Below are positions 39,577 through 48,324 of a stretch of DNA of 64,000 bases, piece after piece. A model generated the notes under the pieces. The model made no database searches. It had not been told where the DNA came from and saw only the letters and a program-made list of their open reading frames with translations. Made by a program: the position numbers and the translations under genes. The DNA is from Giardia intestinalis (taxonomy: Eukaryota): NCBI GenBank assembly GCA_000002435.2, contig CM018792.1; one strand, 5' to 3'. Within the stretch, counting starts at the first letter, position 1, and each line of letters opens with the position of its first letter.

Positions 39577-41313
39577 CTAGTCTATTTTATTGGCCAAAAG
39601 ATTCTTTGAAGATACATCCTCAAAATCAGCGCCCGATACAAATGGGCACATGGTAATGTCTCCTGCATGCACAACACATAGCACCAGGATCTGCGGCGGG
39701 ACATATGCCTGGATGTCCCGTAGGTAGGGAAGTAGTTCTGAACAGGGGATTGGTGCTGGTGTTGCGATACAAAACTTCCTATTCTGAGGCGGAAGCGTCG
39801 ATATCCATAGTAAAAGTTCTCCTAGCGTTGGGGGAGATTTTGCTCCTGAGAGAGTAAAATGCTGAATAGATTTAAAACTATAGAGCGAAAGAACGCCATA
39901 TGCATATTGCGAAATGGCTTCGCTCTTCATTACTTGATACTTGTATATTAACTGGGAGAGAGAAGCCGTCGATTCTTTGAGCGTAGCTATCTGTCTTTCA
40001 CGTAACATATTGAAATACTTTTGTACAGCCTTTCCGGCCGAAGAGGAGCTTAGAGAGCGGGAGAGTATTGAGGAAATATGAATATTTGATAGCTCAAGGC
40101 GCAGGAGGACAAGATGAAGAGCGGCCTCAGCGTCCTCTATGCTACTATGCCCTGCTTCTGCATTAGTCTGTATGTCCTTTAGCAGATAACGTCGTGCTAG
40201 ATCCTGAAGGCGAGGCTTCCGGGTCCCGTGCTGGTAAAGCACACAAGTATCAATTACAAGAGGGTAGATCAATCCCAATGCTCGTAGGTCATTCTCGACC
40301 CCGTGACCAACAATGAACGGAAGAGATACACCACTCAGTGCCGACAAGTCTGTCGAGTGTTGTATCTGCTCAGCATATAGAAGTTCGTGCAGCTCGGATG
40401 GCAGAATGAAGCTCAAAATATGATCTCTTATGATATCCTTTGGGTGCTTTGAACTTGCATTTTCTAATATCTGTGCCGTGATCCCAGAATATTGTGTCTT
40501 GTAATCTACTACTTCTGTATCGCTCGGTAGCTCAACATACGCATCATAGACTAGGGAGAATATGCTCGTTACTGGAGTAGTTGTCCTCGTATTGCATTCA
40601 ACAACAGTCACTCTGGCCAAGTCATTCTCACACACTGACGTATGAATCATCTCGCAGTCAATGGCCAAAAGTACTCCGTTCCAATTATCTGCTAAGTTAT
40701 TAATAATGCACTGGGGAGGCAAGTAGAGGAATGGAGTAAATTGCTCCGACTCCAAAAGTAAATCCTTGATGCTGGTTATCCTTTGCATTCTCAAGCACAT
40801 ATCCTCTTCCAGTATGGTTTCAAAATAGTGAGTATTGGATATTTGGGTTCCGCTTGACAGCGAAACCGAGAATGGGTATTGTGCGTTCAGTATGGGAAAC
40901 ACGTCTGGCTTAGTATCATCGGTAAGCTCCAACTTTAAGAGAAGGACTCCCTTGCAGGAAAACTCGTTGTATAGTTCGAATGCCGTCTTATTTCTAGCAA
41001 GATGCCTAAAGGACACGCACCGCAAGATGGTTTCGCGCACAGCTGCGGGGCTCTTACTCTCACCTCGACCAATAGAGAACTGCGACAGCGGTCTGAGGAC
41101 ATTAGTTTCTTTGTTGTCCTCCGTTCCCTGTCTAGTGGTGGGTCCGCTAAGGCCTTGGACACGTTTGAGAAGACCCTCAAGTCGTGCACGCTTAGACTGA
41201 GAAAGCCGCGCCAAACATGCCTGCAGCTCTGCTACCTGTGCATCGGTGAGTTTTTTCTTTTCTGCGACGCGTATCAACCGTTTTGCCTGCTTGCATGCTA
41301 ACTCTGGGTTCAT
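39577..41313 (-). CDS. DEDDh-family 3'-5' exoribonuclease (REX/RNase-T-like). Alternative in-frame ATGs lie at 41370 and 41469.
   Basis: LAIDCEMI...ARVTVV (Exo I), IVGHGVENDLRAL (Exo II) and HSSIEDAEAAL (Exo III, with the DEDDh His). I chose the ATG at 41313 because it follows a 20-bp AT-rich spacer (aagtaaattgctgctacattATG). The longer alternatives would overlap the DHHC gene. Confidence 0.75.
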   Translation of the reverse strand: MNPELACKQAKRLIRVAEKKKLTDAQVAELQACLARLSQSKRARLEGLLKRVQGLSGPTTRQGTEDNKETNVLRPLSQFSIGRGESKSPAAVRETILRCVSFRHLARNKTAFELYNEFSCKGVLLLKLELTDDTKPDVFPILNAQYPFSVSLSSGTQISNTHYFETILEEDMCLRMQRITSIKDLLLESEQFTPFLYLPPQCIINNLADNWNGVLLAIDCEMIHTSVCENDLARVTVVECNTRTTTPVTSIFSLVYDAYVELPSDTEVVDYKTQYSGITAQILENASSKHPKDIIRDHILSFILPSELHELLYAEQIQHSTDLSALSGVSLPFIVGHGVENDLRALGLIYPLVIDTCVLYQHGTRKPRLQDLARRYLLKDIQTNAEAGHSSIEDAEAALHLVLLRLELSNIHISSILSRSLSSSSAGKAVQKYFNMLRERQIATLKESTASLSQLIYKYQVMKSEAISQYAYGVLSLYSFKSIQHFTLSGAKSPPTLGELLLWISTLPPQNRKFCIATPAPIPCSELLPYLRDIQAYVPPQILVLCVVHAGDITMCPFVSGADFEDVSSKNLLANKID

Positions 41314-41325
41314 AATGTAGCAGCA

Positions 41326-41332
41326 ATTTACT
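41326..41332 (-). promoter_or_regulatory. AGTAAAT polyadenylation signal, immediately 3' of the DHHC gene stop.
   Basis: The minus strand reads TAAAAGTAAATTG. This gives an exact AGTRAAY match whose sequence also forms the AT-rich initiator of the downstream exonuclease gene. Confidence 0.5.
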
Positions 41333-41333
41333 T

Positions 41334-42305
41334 TTATAATTGGCTTGTTCCGCAGAGAACTATGGTCCATGCCCAGGCCTGTTGTTCTGCCTGGTCCGGT
41401 GAAAGATAGTAAAGGACGGGCATGTGGCTTCCAAATATAAGCCGACGGAGCCCCGTATGTTTCAGCCATTTCATCCTATCTTTAATAGAACTGTTTATGT
41501 CCTCTACAAGATTGCTGAGAAATTGATCTGCATCCGCAGACTTACTACCATTTATCCCCTTTCCAGACTGTTGATTACGAAGAGTATACAGTCTAGGAGA
41601 TTTGTCTCGGAAAACGTCGTAAAGAGTCCAGCCGCACATGCCTCCAGTGAACGCCCCTCCAAAGAAGGAGCCCAGAAGGCAAGCACCAGCGATAGCCAGC
41701 TCATTAATATTGTTGGCGTGAACCAGGGCGAGAATAGCCAGAGAAAAACACCATACAGAATGGATGCAGAGAACCAACAAAGACACAACGAAAGGCAGCA
41801 TGTTTCGGAGACCGATAGGCAGCCCGACCCACGGACAATAATGATCCAAGGCAACAATGCATTCATCTGTTTCTTCACAATGGTCAGTTTCTGGAGGGAG
41901 CGTTAGGTTGCAGACAGCGCATGTAGATGTCTCAAACACAATTCCAGCGGCTTGGAAAATCACTCCTGTCCGTGCACGCATGGGCGCTTCCGTGCCACTC
42001 TCTGCCTCATCTGACCGGCAGCCACGAGGAAGTCGGCCCGGATCGATAAAAATCAGGCGAAGCCATAGTAGAATCGACAGACCATATGTGAGACTGGTTA
42101 TAGTGTAGCTTATCCACGGGTGTATTGCTCGGGACGTTACTGGGAGGACGTATGCGAACTCTGCCATTGAAAACCCTGTAATTAGCAGTCCAGACAGAAG
42201 CGTACGTCGTAGAGCACGCGGTGATATTGTAACTGCGGGCGGGCCGGGTCGATTGTCACAAAAGGCCCCTCTCTCACGAAGCATTTTACTACCATTCTTT
42301 AACAT
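41334..42305 (-). CDS. zDHHC-type protein S-acyltransferase with a DHYC variant active site.
   Basis: CAVCNLTLPPETDHCEETDECIVALDHYCPWVG matches the Cx2Cx9HCx2Cx4DH(H/Y)CxW zinc-finger. It is flanked by hydrophobic TM segments. Confidence 0.85.
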   Translation of the reverse strand: MLKNGSKMLRERGAFCDNRPGPPAVTISPRALRRTLLSGLLITGFSMAEFAYVLPVTSRAIHPWISYTITSLTYGLSILLWLRLIFIDPGRLPRGCRSDEAESGTEAPMRARTGVIFQAAGIVFETSTCAVCNLTLPPETDHCEETDECIVALDHYCPWVGLPIGLRNMLPFVVSLLVLCIHSVWCFSLAILALVHANNINELAIAGACLLGSFFGGAFTGGMCGWTLYDVFRDKSPRLYTLRNQQSGKGINGSKSADADQFLSNLVEDINSSIKDRMKWLKHTGLRRLIFGSHMPVLYYLSPDQAEQQAWAWTIVLCGTSQL

Positions 42306-42330
42306 TTAATGGGTGGTAAGTAGGCAGTCG

Positions 42331-42816
42331 TTAGAGCCTATCTGGAACCAAGGTAAGTGTTCCGTCCTTTGAAATGCAATAGTGCCGATTCTTAAATCTA
42401 GGTTCGCAATGAACTTGCTGTACATTAGGAACTACGCAGCATTCTCTAAGGTCCTTAGCGGAAACATTTTGACGGAGAAAGGCTTGCGAGTATGAGCGTA
42501 TGGCTCTTACCGAAGCCGGACGAGCTGCATAGGGAATAGCCTCTATTTCAGCCAGCAAACACTCTTCAAGATCTTCCAGAAGACGTATGGCCGTAATTCT
42601 ATGGCCCCTTCGCAGTTCACTTGTAAGCCTTTGCACATCATAGTCCTTGATATCAGCTGGTTTCAGGCTGCCGCTGAGTGCACCATTGTCAGTGAGAACA
42701 GTTGTCGGCAAGCTCAGCACATCCTTTTCCGTCTTTGCTAGTCGGCATATCCGTGCAATCAAGCGTACATGCCCCTGGTCCGCATAGATCTCGTCGTAGA
42801 AGTGAGAACCAAACAT
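42331..42816 (-). CDS. Hypothetical protein (161 aa).
   Basis: The ATG at 42816 has an AT-rich initiator (gaattaaagtcttttgATG). The track start at 42819 is TTG. No domain recognised. Confidence 0.5.
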   Translation of the reverse strand: MFGSHFYDEIYADQGHVRLIARICRLAKTEKDVLSLPTTVLTDNGALSGSLKPADIKDYDVQRLTSELRRGHRITAIRLLEDLEECLLAEIEAIPYAARPASVRAIRSYSQAFLRQNVSAKDLRECCVVPNVQQVHCEPRFKNRHYCISKDGTLTLVPDRL

Positions 42817-42845
42817 CAAAAGACTTTAATTCACATGCTCTAGGG

Positions 42846-43328
42846 TCACAAGTCGTCTATTTCGTCGCTGTCAATGCTGTCTTCTTTGTCGTCAGCCTCC
42901 ACGTTGTCACTATCGGCCTTTCCAGTTCGCTGGGCGTCCTTTTGGTCGACTCTAAACACCTCTACCTCCCTATCCAAGATTTCATCCAAGTCTACAGTTA
43001 TCTCGCCATACTTTTTCAGCTCCTTGACCTCATCAGGCTGATACTTGTGCACAATGTCTGCATCTGTCTCTGTACTAAACTCCCTGAGAGACACCAAAAC
43101 CAAGTCTCCAGCATGCATCATCACTCTGCGCTTCTTAAGAGCCCCACGCAGGTGGCATCGGCGGCGGATCCCATCGAGACAATAGATCGTGTAGTATCCG
43201 CATCCCAGAACCTTAGTGCAGACGCCGTAGACCTCGCTTTCGCCTTTATAAACGAGGTCGCGCGCAAGGCTGTCGGTGTTAGCCTTCTTCTTGTAGGATT
43301 TTCCACCTGTCTTCGGCTTGGCAGGCAT
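42846..43328 (-). CDS. eIF1A: Translation initiation factor eIF1A.
   Basis: VYKGESEVYGVCTKVLGCGYYTIYCLDGIRRRCHLRGALKKRRVMMHAGDLVLVSLREF aligns with the eIF1A OB-fold (..[53 protein letters not shown]). The tail is acidic DSDEIDDL. Confidence 0.9.
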   Translation of the reverse strand: MPAKPKTGGKSYKKKANTDSLARDLVYKGESEVYGVCTKVLGCGYYTIYCLDGIRRRCHLRGALKKRRVMMHAGDLVLVSLREFSTETDADIVHKYQPDEVKELKKYGEITVDLDEILDREVEVFRVDQKDAQRTGKADSDNVEADDKEDSIDSDEIDDL

Positions 43329-43377
43329 TTATTTCAAAAAAGAAGGCACATAGATCTTTAAATCAATTGGTTGCCGA
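43329..43377. promoter_or_regulatory. 49-bp bidirectional AT-rich promoter between eIF1A and Naa10.
   Basis: Sequence ttatttcaaaaaagaaggcacatagatctttaaatcaattggttgccgaATG. Confidence 0.45.
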
Positions 43378-44022
43378 ATGTTTTCTATCCGCAGAGCCAC
43401 GTGCGGAGACTTTCTGGAGATCCAGAAATGTAACCTTACATGCCTCCCAGAAAACTACCCGATAAAGTACTTCCTTCAGCACCATCTCAAGTGGCCCCAA
43501 TTGACCTACGTCTGTAGCGTTGCCGGAAAAGTTGTCGGGTACGTCATGGGTAAGATTGATGACGAAGATAACCCAAAGCAGGCTCACGGGCACATAACTT
43601 CTGTGGCGGTGCACCGCGATTACCGTGGAATGGGGATCGCAGAGGCACTAATGCAGCAGGTCCTCCAAGAGATGCGGACGACATATGGTCTTCCATCATG
43701 CAAGCTCAATGTGCGCGTCTCAAACGCGGGTGCTCAGCATGTCTATAAAGACATGTTGGGCTTTGAGCTGGAGCGGCTCGACGAGGGGTACTTCCAAGAT
43801 AAAGAAGACTCCCAGTTTCTCAATTGTGACTTTACGAAGCCCGAGGTGCTCGCTAAGTTACGGCCTATCATTGGGTGTCTGGATGAACTAGACGATTCAG
43901 AGGAGGATATCTCCATTTCGATCAACGGAAAGCCGGTTATTACCAAAGAGTCGTGCAAGATCCAAATAAAGAACCTGTTACAGGATGACCAGCCCTTGTC
44001 CTCGGCAGTTGAGGAGATGTGA
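43378..44022 (+). CDS. NAA10: N-alpha-acetyltransferase, NatA catalytic subunit (Naa10/ARD1-like GNAT).
   Basis: CNLTCLPENYPIKYFLQHHLKWPQLTYV...HGHITSVAVHRDYRGMGIAEALM..KLNVRVSNAGAQHVY closely parallels human NAA10 ([66 protein letters not shown]). Confidence 0.9.
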   Translation: MFSIRRATCGDFLEIQKCNLTCLPENYPIKYFLQHHLKWPQLTYVCSVAGKVVGYVMGKIDDEDNPKQAHGHITSVAVHRDYRGMGIAEALMQQVLQEMRTTYGLPSCKLNVRVSNAGAQHVYKDMLGFELERLDEGYFQDKEDSQFLNCDFTKPEVLAKLRPIIGCLDELDDSEEDISISINGKPVITKESCKIQIKNLLQDDQPLSSAVEEM

Positions 44023-44047
44023 CTTACTAGTCGGAGCTTGGTTGTAA

Positions 44048-44054
44048 ATTCACT
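44048..44054 (-). promoter_or_regulatory. AGTGAAT polyadenylation signal overlapping the TAA stop of the phosphomutase gene.
   Basis: The minus strand reads TAAGTGAATTT. The last A of the stop codon plus GTGAAT gives an AGTRAAY match. Confidence 0.5.
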
Positions 44055-46021
44055 TAAGGCTCCTTGTCATTGACCAGAACCATAAAGGCGTCGAGAAACT
44101 CCTTCGCCGTTTCTGCCGCCTGCTTAAACGTGTCTCCCACGCATTCAACATAGCACTTCACCTTCGGCTCGGTTCCTGAGGGGCGCAGGGTGCAGACAAT
44201 GTTATTGCTGCACCACATGGTGAGCATGGGAGTCTTGCTAAGTGGGAGATTAGGCTTGTTATCAATAGCTGAAGAACGTGTATCCCAGCCTGGCAGCTGA
44301 AGGTCTCTGACGTTCTTAACAGTGAAGCGGCCCACCGTTGTAATGTATCGATTTCCAGAACCGTTAGTAGCCACAAACGAGCCTTGCGCTCTGGGGTCAG
44401 AGATGAGCCTCGCGAAGAGACCGGCAACATCTTGCATGCTGGCAACCGATATGTTGCTGCAGGCCCAGGTGTATGACCCGTAACGGTCAGCAATTTGAAG
44501 AGAGTAATCCCAGAGAAGCATGTTCTCCTTGTCGTACTCTCCCTGATGCTCGTAGAGGTCTATGAGGAGCTCTGTTAGGACGCCTGCTGTGGCTATTCCG
44601 TCCTTATCGGTAACGACGCCGCCCACCGAATAACCTATACTTTCCTCATATGTGAAGCATGGTATGAGGCCACGACTACGTGCACTCTCGCTGAGGGTCC
44701 CGAGCCACTTGAACCCGGTAAGACACTCTTCGTAAACCACGTCCTTGTAGAAGCGACTCATAGCTTCAAGTGCCTTACTGGACACAGTGCTGTTGCTAAT
44801 GTAAAATTGCTGGCCGGGTGTGTAGCCACGCTCCTTGAGGACCTTAATCGTCAGCGGGTTATTGTGAAAGTTCTCCAAGCACCAGTTTGCGAGAATAAGG
44901 CCGATATCATTGCCGTGATAAATCTTCCACCTCTCGTCTAGCGTCGTTGCGTGCGGCTTGACCAGCTCGGCCACCGCAATGCGGTCTGCATCGGGATCTG
45001 TAGCAAGGATGACCTTGATGGGTGCCTGGTCATCTGCAATAGCAAGATTGTGACTGTTCATCTCCTCTGCACGTTGACACAGACGCACCATGTTGTGCCG
45101 CTCCTCTGGATTAGGCTTTGACTCCCCGCCGAAAAGAGGATCTGGCATGCACTCATCCTCGAAGAAGTAAAAACGAGAAAATATCGCATCCTTGGAGAAA
45201 CCGAATAGGCGCTCAAGTGTGTTGATGAGGGGGTCATAACCAACGCCCCACATGGCAGAATAACCTATGCGGAATGTCACCTTAGTATTGCGATTGTACT
45301 GACGGTAGAAGAACTTCATTATCTTCGCTTCCTCGCGATAAGCGTTCATAACTTCACTATCCTCCGTGATCATCGTGAGGAGCCCAGACCTAAGACCCTC
45401 CTTCAAGACATCTCCTGGTACTGCTGTCTCCTCCCAGGGAACCTCGACGTGCTTGCCACCAGAGAGACTGAGCTCATATATGCCTGCGTCATGTGGATCT
45501 ATAATCTGGATCCCGTGCCCAACGCCGTAGACCTTATAACCGTTATCCTTGCTAGGGTTGTGAGATGCCGTGACCATGACACCACATGCACACTTGTAGT
45601 ACTTATTGAGATAGCTCACATAGGGCGTCGGCGCAAATCCATCAAATAAATACACAGGGACATCCCTGGAGAGGAAAGTCGCAGCAGTTATCTCAGCGAA
45701 ATCCTTAGAGTGGAAGCGGGCGTCATATCCAAGCCCAACACCGCGCTTTTTCAACTCTGAGTCCCCATAAATGCGGAGACAATAATAATACATGGCCTGG
45801 GCTGTCTGCGTGACAACGAGCTCGTTGAGCTTTGTAAACCCGGCCCCGTAGGAAGCCCTCAATCCCGCCGTTCCGAATTGTACTCTATTTTCGGGATTAA
45901 AATCCCTGCAGATGCGTTCGTACTCTCCAGAGGCCAGAAGTTTGGATGCCTCCTCACGCGTCTCATTCCAGCGGTCGAGCTGAAGCCACTTGTCGATAAG
46001 ATCTCTTGCTCTCTCCTCCAT
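44054..46021 (-). CDS. Alpha-D-phosphohexomutase, PGM2 family (phosphoglucomutase/phosphopentomutase).
   Basis: GTAGLRASYGAGFTKLNELVV..GVGLGYDARFHS..DVPVYLF..PTPYVSY..GVMVTASHNPSKDNGYKVYG matches the PGM2 active-site region (GTAGLR.., TASHNxxEDNGYKVY). Confidence 0.85.
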   Translation of the reverse strand: MEERARDLIDKWLQLDRWNETREEASKLLASGEYERICRDFNPENRVQFGTAGLRASYGAGFTKLNELVVTQTAQAMYYYCLRIYGDSELKKRGVGLGYDARFHSKDFAEITAATFLSRDVPVYLFDGFAPTPYVSYLNKYYKCACGVMVTASHNPSKDNGYKVYGVGHGIQIIDPHDAGIYELSLSGGKHVEVPWEETAVPGDVLKEGLRSGLLTMITEDSEVMNAYREEAKIMKFFYRQYNRNTKVTFRIGYSAMWGVGYDPLINTLERLFGFSKDAIFSRFYFFEDECMPDPLFGGESKPNPEERHNMVRLCQRAEEMNSHNLAIADDQAPIKVILATDPDADRIAVAELVKPHATTLDERWKIYHGNDIGLILANWCLENFHNNPLTIKVLKERGYTPGQQFYISNSTVSSKALEAMSRFYKDVVYEECLTGFKWLGTLSESARSRGLIPCFTYEESIGYSVGGVVTDKDGIATAGVLTELLIDLYEHQGEYDKENMLLWDYSLQIADRYGSYTWACSNISVASMQDVAGLFARLISDPRAQGSFVATNGSGNRYITTVGRFTVKNVRDLQLPGWDTRSSAIDNKPNLPLSKTPMLTMWCSNNIVCTLRPSGTEPKVKCYVECVGDTFKQAAETAKEFLDAFMVLVNDKEP

Positions 46022-46083
46022 CTACCTACAGTCTGGGCAGGGTTTTTTAAATCTGTGCTCCAGTAATTTTATTTTGAAGGCGT
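46022..46083. promoter_or_regulatory. 62-bp bidirectional AT-rich promoter (phosphomutase <-> dihydrouridine synthase).
   Basis: ctacctacagtctgggcagggttttttaaatctgtgctccagtaattttattttgaaggcgtATG. Confidence 0.45.
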
Positions 46084-47304
46084 ATGGACTACCGTGAATG
46101 GGTCAACAAGGGGGTCCCGCCTTGTAAAAACTGTCCACTCGAGAGTGTACAGGAACTCCCCGCAGACTTTCCTTTTTTCTCTGTCTCGGCCTTCAACGAT
46201 GCAGTCATCCAGCTTCGGTCCAGATTAGCGGAGACGCGATATTTTTCTGCTCCTATGACCCATGCATCTGGGGCCGCCTTTCGCCAGCTAATTCAGGGCC
46301 ATATGGCCGAGGAGAATGAACGGACGAAGTATACCGGCTTCACACAGATGTATACGGCCGATGCGCTGCTTCATAATTCTCCTCTTCGAGATGCCGTGCT
46401 GTCTACTGCAGCTCCAGGGGAGAAGATTATCCTACAGCTCTGTGGAAACAACCCATCTACCTTTCGTGCCGCTGCAGAACTCCTTCACGACTCCCCCATT
46501 GCTTCTCAACTTGTTGCACTGGACATCAACCTAGGCTGTCCCGCCTCGTGTGCTTCAAGCAAGGGCTATGGCTTTTACGTAGCTCAGAATTGGCCTCTTG
46601 TGCATCAGATAATTTCAGAGACGTCGTCAGCACGCCTATTCCCAGTCACTTGCAAGATTCGGCCGCTGAACTCTATAGAAAAGACCATAGATTACATGGT
46701 GCTCCTAGTAATGTCTGGTGCTTCTGGCATCACAATCCATATGCGCCATACGACTCGGCAAGGTAAGCACGCCCAGGCTGTACGACCTGCCTACCAAGAG
46801 TTTGAAGAGCTTGTTCGCGCATTCAGACAACGATTAGACACACTCTTCACTGGCCTGGGTGGATCTGAAACTGCACAAGAGAACCCACATGTCTACCCCG
46901 TTATAATTCTGAATGGCGGCATCAAGAACAGACAAGAAGCAGACCATTTACTAGCCACTTATCCTGCAGACGGCGTCATGCTGGGTGTTGGTCTGCTTAA
47001 GAATCCCGCCTGTCTTTTGAAAAATGCCCCCCAAATACCTGGGAAAAACAGGATTGCATTTTGGGTCAATGAGGCCCTGAAATACCTAGATCTTTGCGAA
47101 AGCTTGTCCCAGGAGAGCATAGGTCAAGAAAACCCACTGAAGGTTACCCCCATGGCAAGCCACAAAGAAATAATTGGGCACACCATGCGGCTTATGCAGA
47201 ATGTGTCTGCAAAACGCTTCAATGAACCGATCAATAGAGCAAAAAGTATCGCAGAGTTGAGGGAGTTTCTCACCAAGGTGTTGTGCGCTCAAGCATCCGA
47301 TTGA
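46084..47304 (+). CDS. tRNA-dihydrouridine synthase (DUS family).
   Basis: SAPMTHASGAAFRQL.., ALDINLGCP (the DxNxGCP DUS signature) and LNGGIKNRQEADHLL (FMN-binding barrel end). The 3' end overlaps the convergent gene by 16 bp. Confidence 0.8.
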   Translation: MDYREWVNKGVPPCKNCPLESVQELPADFPFFSVSAFNDAVIQLRSRLAETRYFSAPMTHASGAAFRQLIQGHMAEENERTKYTGFTQMYTADALLHNSPLRDAVLSTAAPGEKIILQLCGNNPSTFRAAAELLHDSPIASQLVALDINLGCPASCASSKGYGFYVAQNWPLVHQIISETSSARLFPVTCKIRPLNSIEKTIDYMVLLVMSGASGITIHMRHTTRQGKHAQAVRPAYQEFEELVRAFRQRLDTLFTGLGGSETAQENPHVYPVIILNGGIKNRQEADHLLATYPADGVMLGVGLLKNPACLLKNAPQIPGKNRIAFWVNEALKYLDLCESLSQESIGQENPLKVTPMASHKEIIGHTMRLMQNVSAKRFNEPINRAKSIAELREFLTKVLCAQASD

Positions 47305-48296
47305 TTGTATTGGGGTCTATTCCCAAGGGCATCCTTATTCTTGTTGAAACGACTTCCGCCTCGGTTGTTTCTCGTAACGGGTCTAGCAGGACGGATAGGT
47401 TTGTGGTCCTTTAAAAGAGAAATGGAGAATAGCTGCTTATACCGTGCTCGAAGCTGGCACATCAGGACTTCAATGTACTCCGCCAGCGAATCAGGCATGT
47501 CGCCACTGGCATTCTTTGAGGCGCTTTTGAGGGCAGATCTGTCGACTGTGTTGAGTATATATGCATACATTAGCGCGCATTTGTTCTTCATCACGTCTAT
47601 GGCTCGATTGGACCGTTTTGTGGGGTCTGCTGGCAATATGATTTTAATTCCGGGAATCTCTGCATAGATCAGCAAGAAGCGAAAAGTGGCTATGACAGCA
47701 TGTGCCACAGAACACCGTGAGTGGGCGTGGAACAATGTAAAGCATGAGAAGAGCTCTTTTGGTGGGATCCCACTTGTCTTTCTTCCGGGTTCCTCGCTAT
47801 CTTCTAGAAGCAGAAAAAGCGCCCAGAGGGAGGGACAATTATAATAAGCGCACTGTGTGTCCTCCTTCTTGTTTGCATGCATGATGACGGAAGTGGCTGT
47901 AAGAGGTGGAAGGATAGGCATAAGGGCGGCATAGATGCCTGCAAATTCTCCACCATTCCAGCTTTCAGTGACTAAATAATTATACTTGGCAAGCAGATCG
48001 GCTATTCTAATGATGTCCTTCTTTTCTAACTCTTGGTTCACAGAGTCTTTATCAAACGCCTCCACCAGCACCTTTAGTTTTGCCGCAAAGACGGGGGTCA
48101 GCTGGTGAGTAGCATATTGCGGGTGGAGGCTGTGAACCAGTGTGCCTACCGAATCGAGGCCTTGAAGCCCCAGAGCAATCAGGACTGCCGACAATTCCTC
48201 AAGAGCCGCCACTGGCGCAATGGACACGCTCGGGCGACCATCTTCTACTGTCTGTAACGCGGCGATATCACTTTGGACATCTAGGGGCTCTGGCAT
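47289..48296 (-). CDS. Hypothetical protein with an RGG-like basic C-terminus.
   Basis: The ORF track starts at 48326. I prefer the second ATG (MPEPLDV..., 48296) because it, not the first, is preceded by the AT-rich element on the coding strand. No domain recognised. Confidence 0.5.
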   Translation of the reverse strand: MPEPLDVQSDIAALQTVEDGRPSVSIAPVAALEELSAVLIALGLQGLDSVGTLVHSLHPQYATHQLTPVFAAKLKVLVEAFDKDSVNQELEKKDIIRIADLLAKYNYLVTESWNGGEFAGIYAALMPILPPLTATSVIMHANKKEDTQCAYYNCPSLWALFLLLEDSEEPGRKTSGIPPKELFSCFTLFHAHSRCSVAHAVIATFRFLLIYAEIPGIKIILPADPTKRSNRAIDVMKNKCALMYAYILNTVDRSALKSASKNASGDMPDSLAEYIEVLMCQLRARYKQLFSISLLKDHKPIRPARPVTRNNRGGSRFNKNKDALGNRPQYNQSDA

Positions 48297-48324
48297 AGTA
48301 ATTAATAAACTTTTACTTCTGCCC
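48297..48324. promoter_or_regulatory. 28-bp AT-rich element serving divergent starts at 48296 (-) and 48325 (+).
   Basis: catagtaattaataaacttttacttctgccc. Reverse-complemented (ATGGGCAGAAGTAAAAGTTTATTAATTACTATG) it gives an AT-rich initiator before the second minus-strand ATG (48296). Confidence 0.45.
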
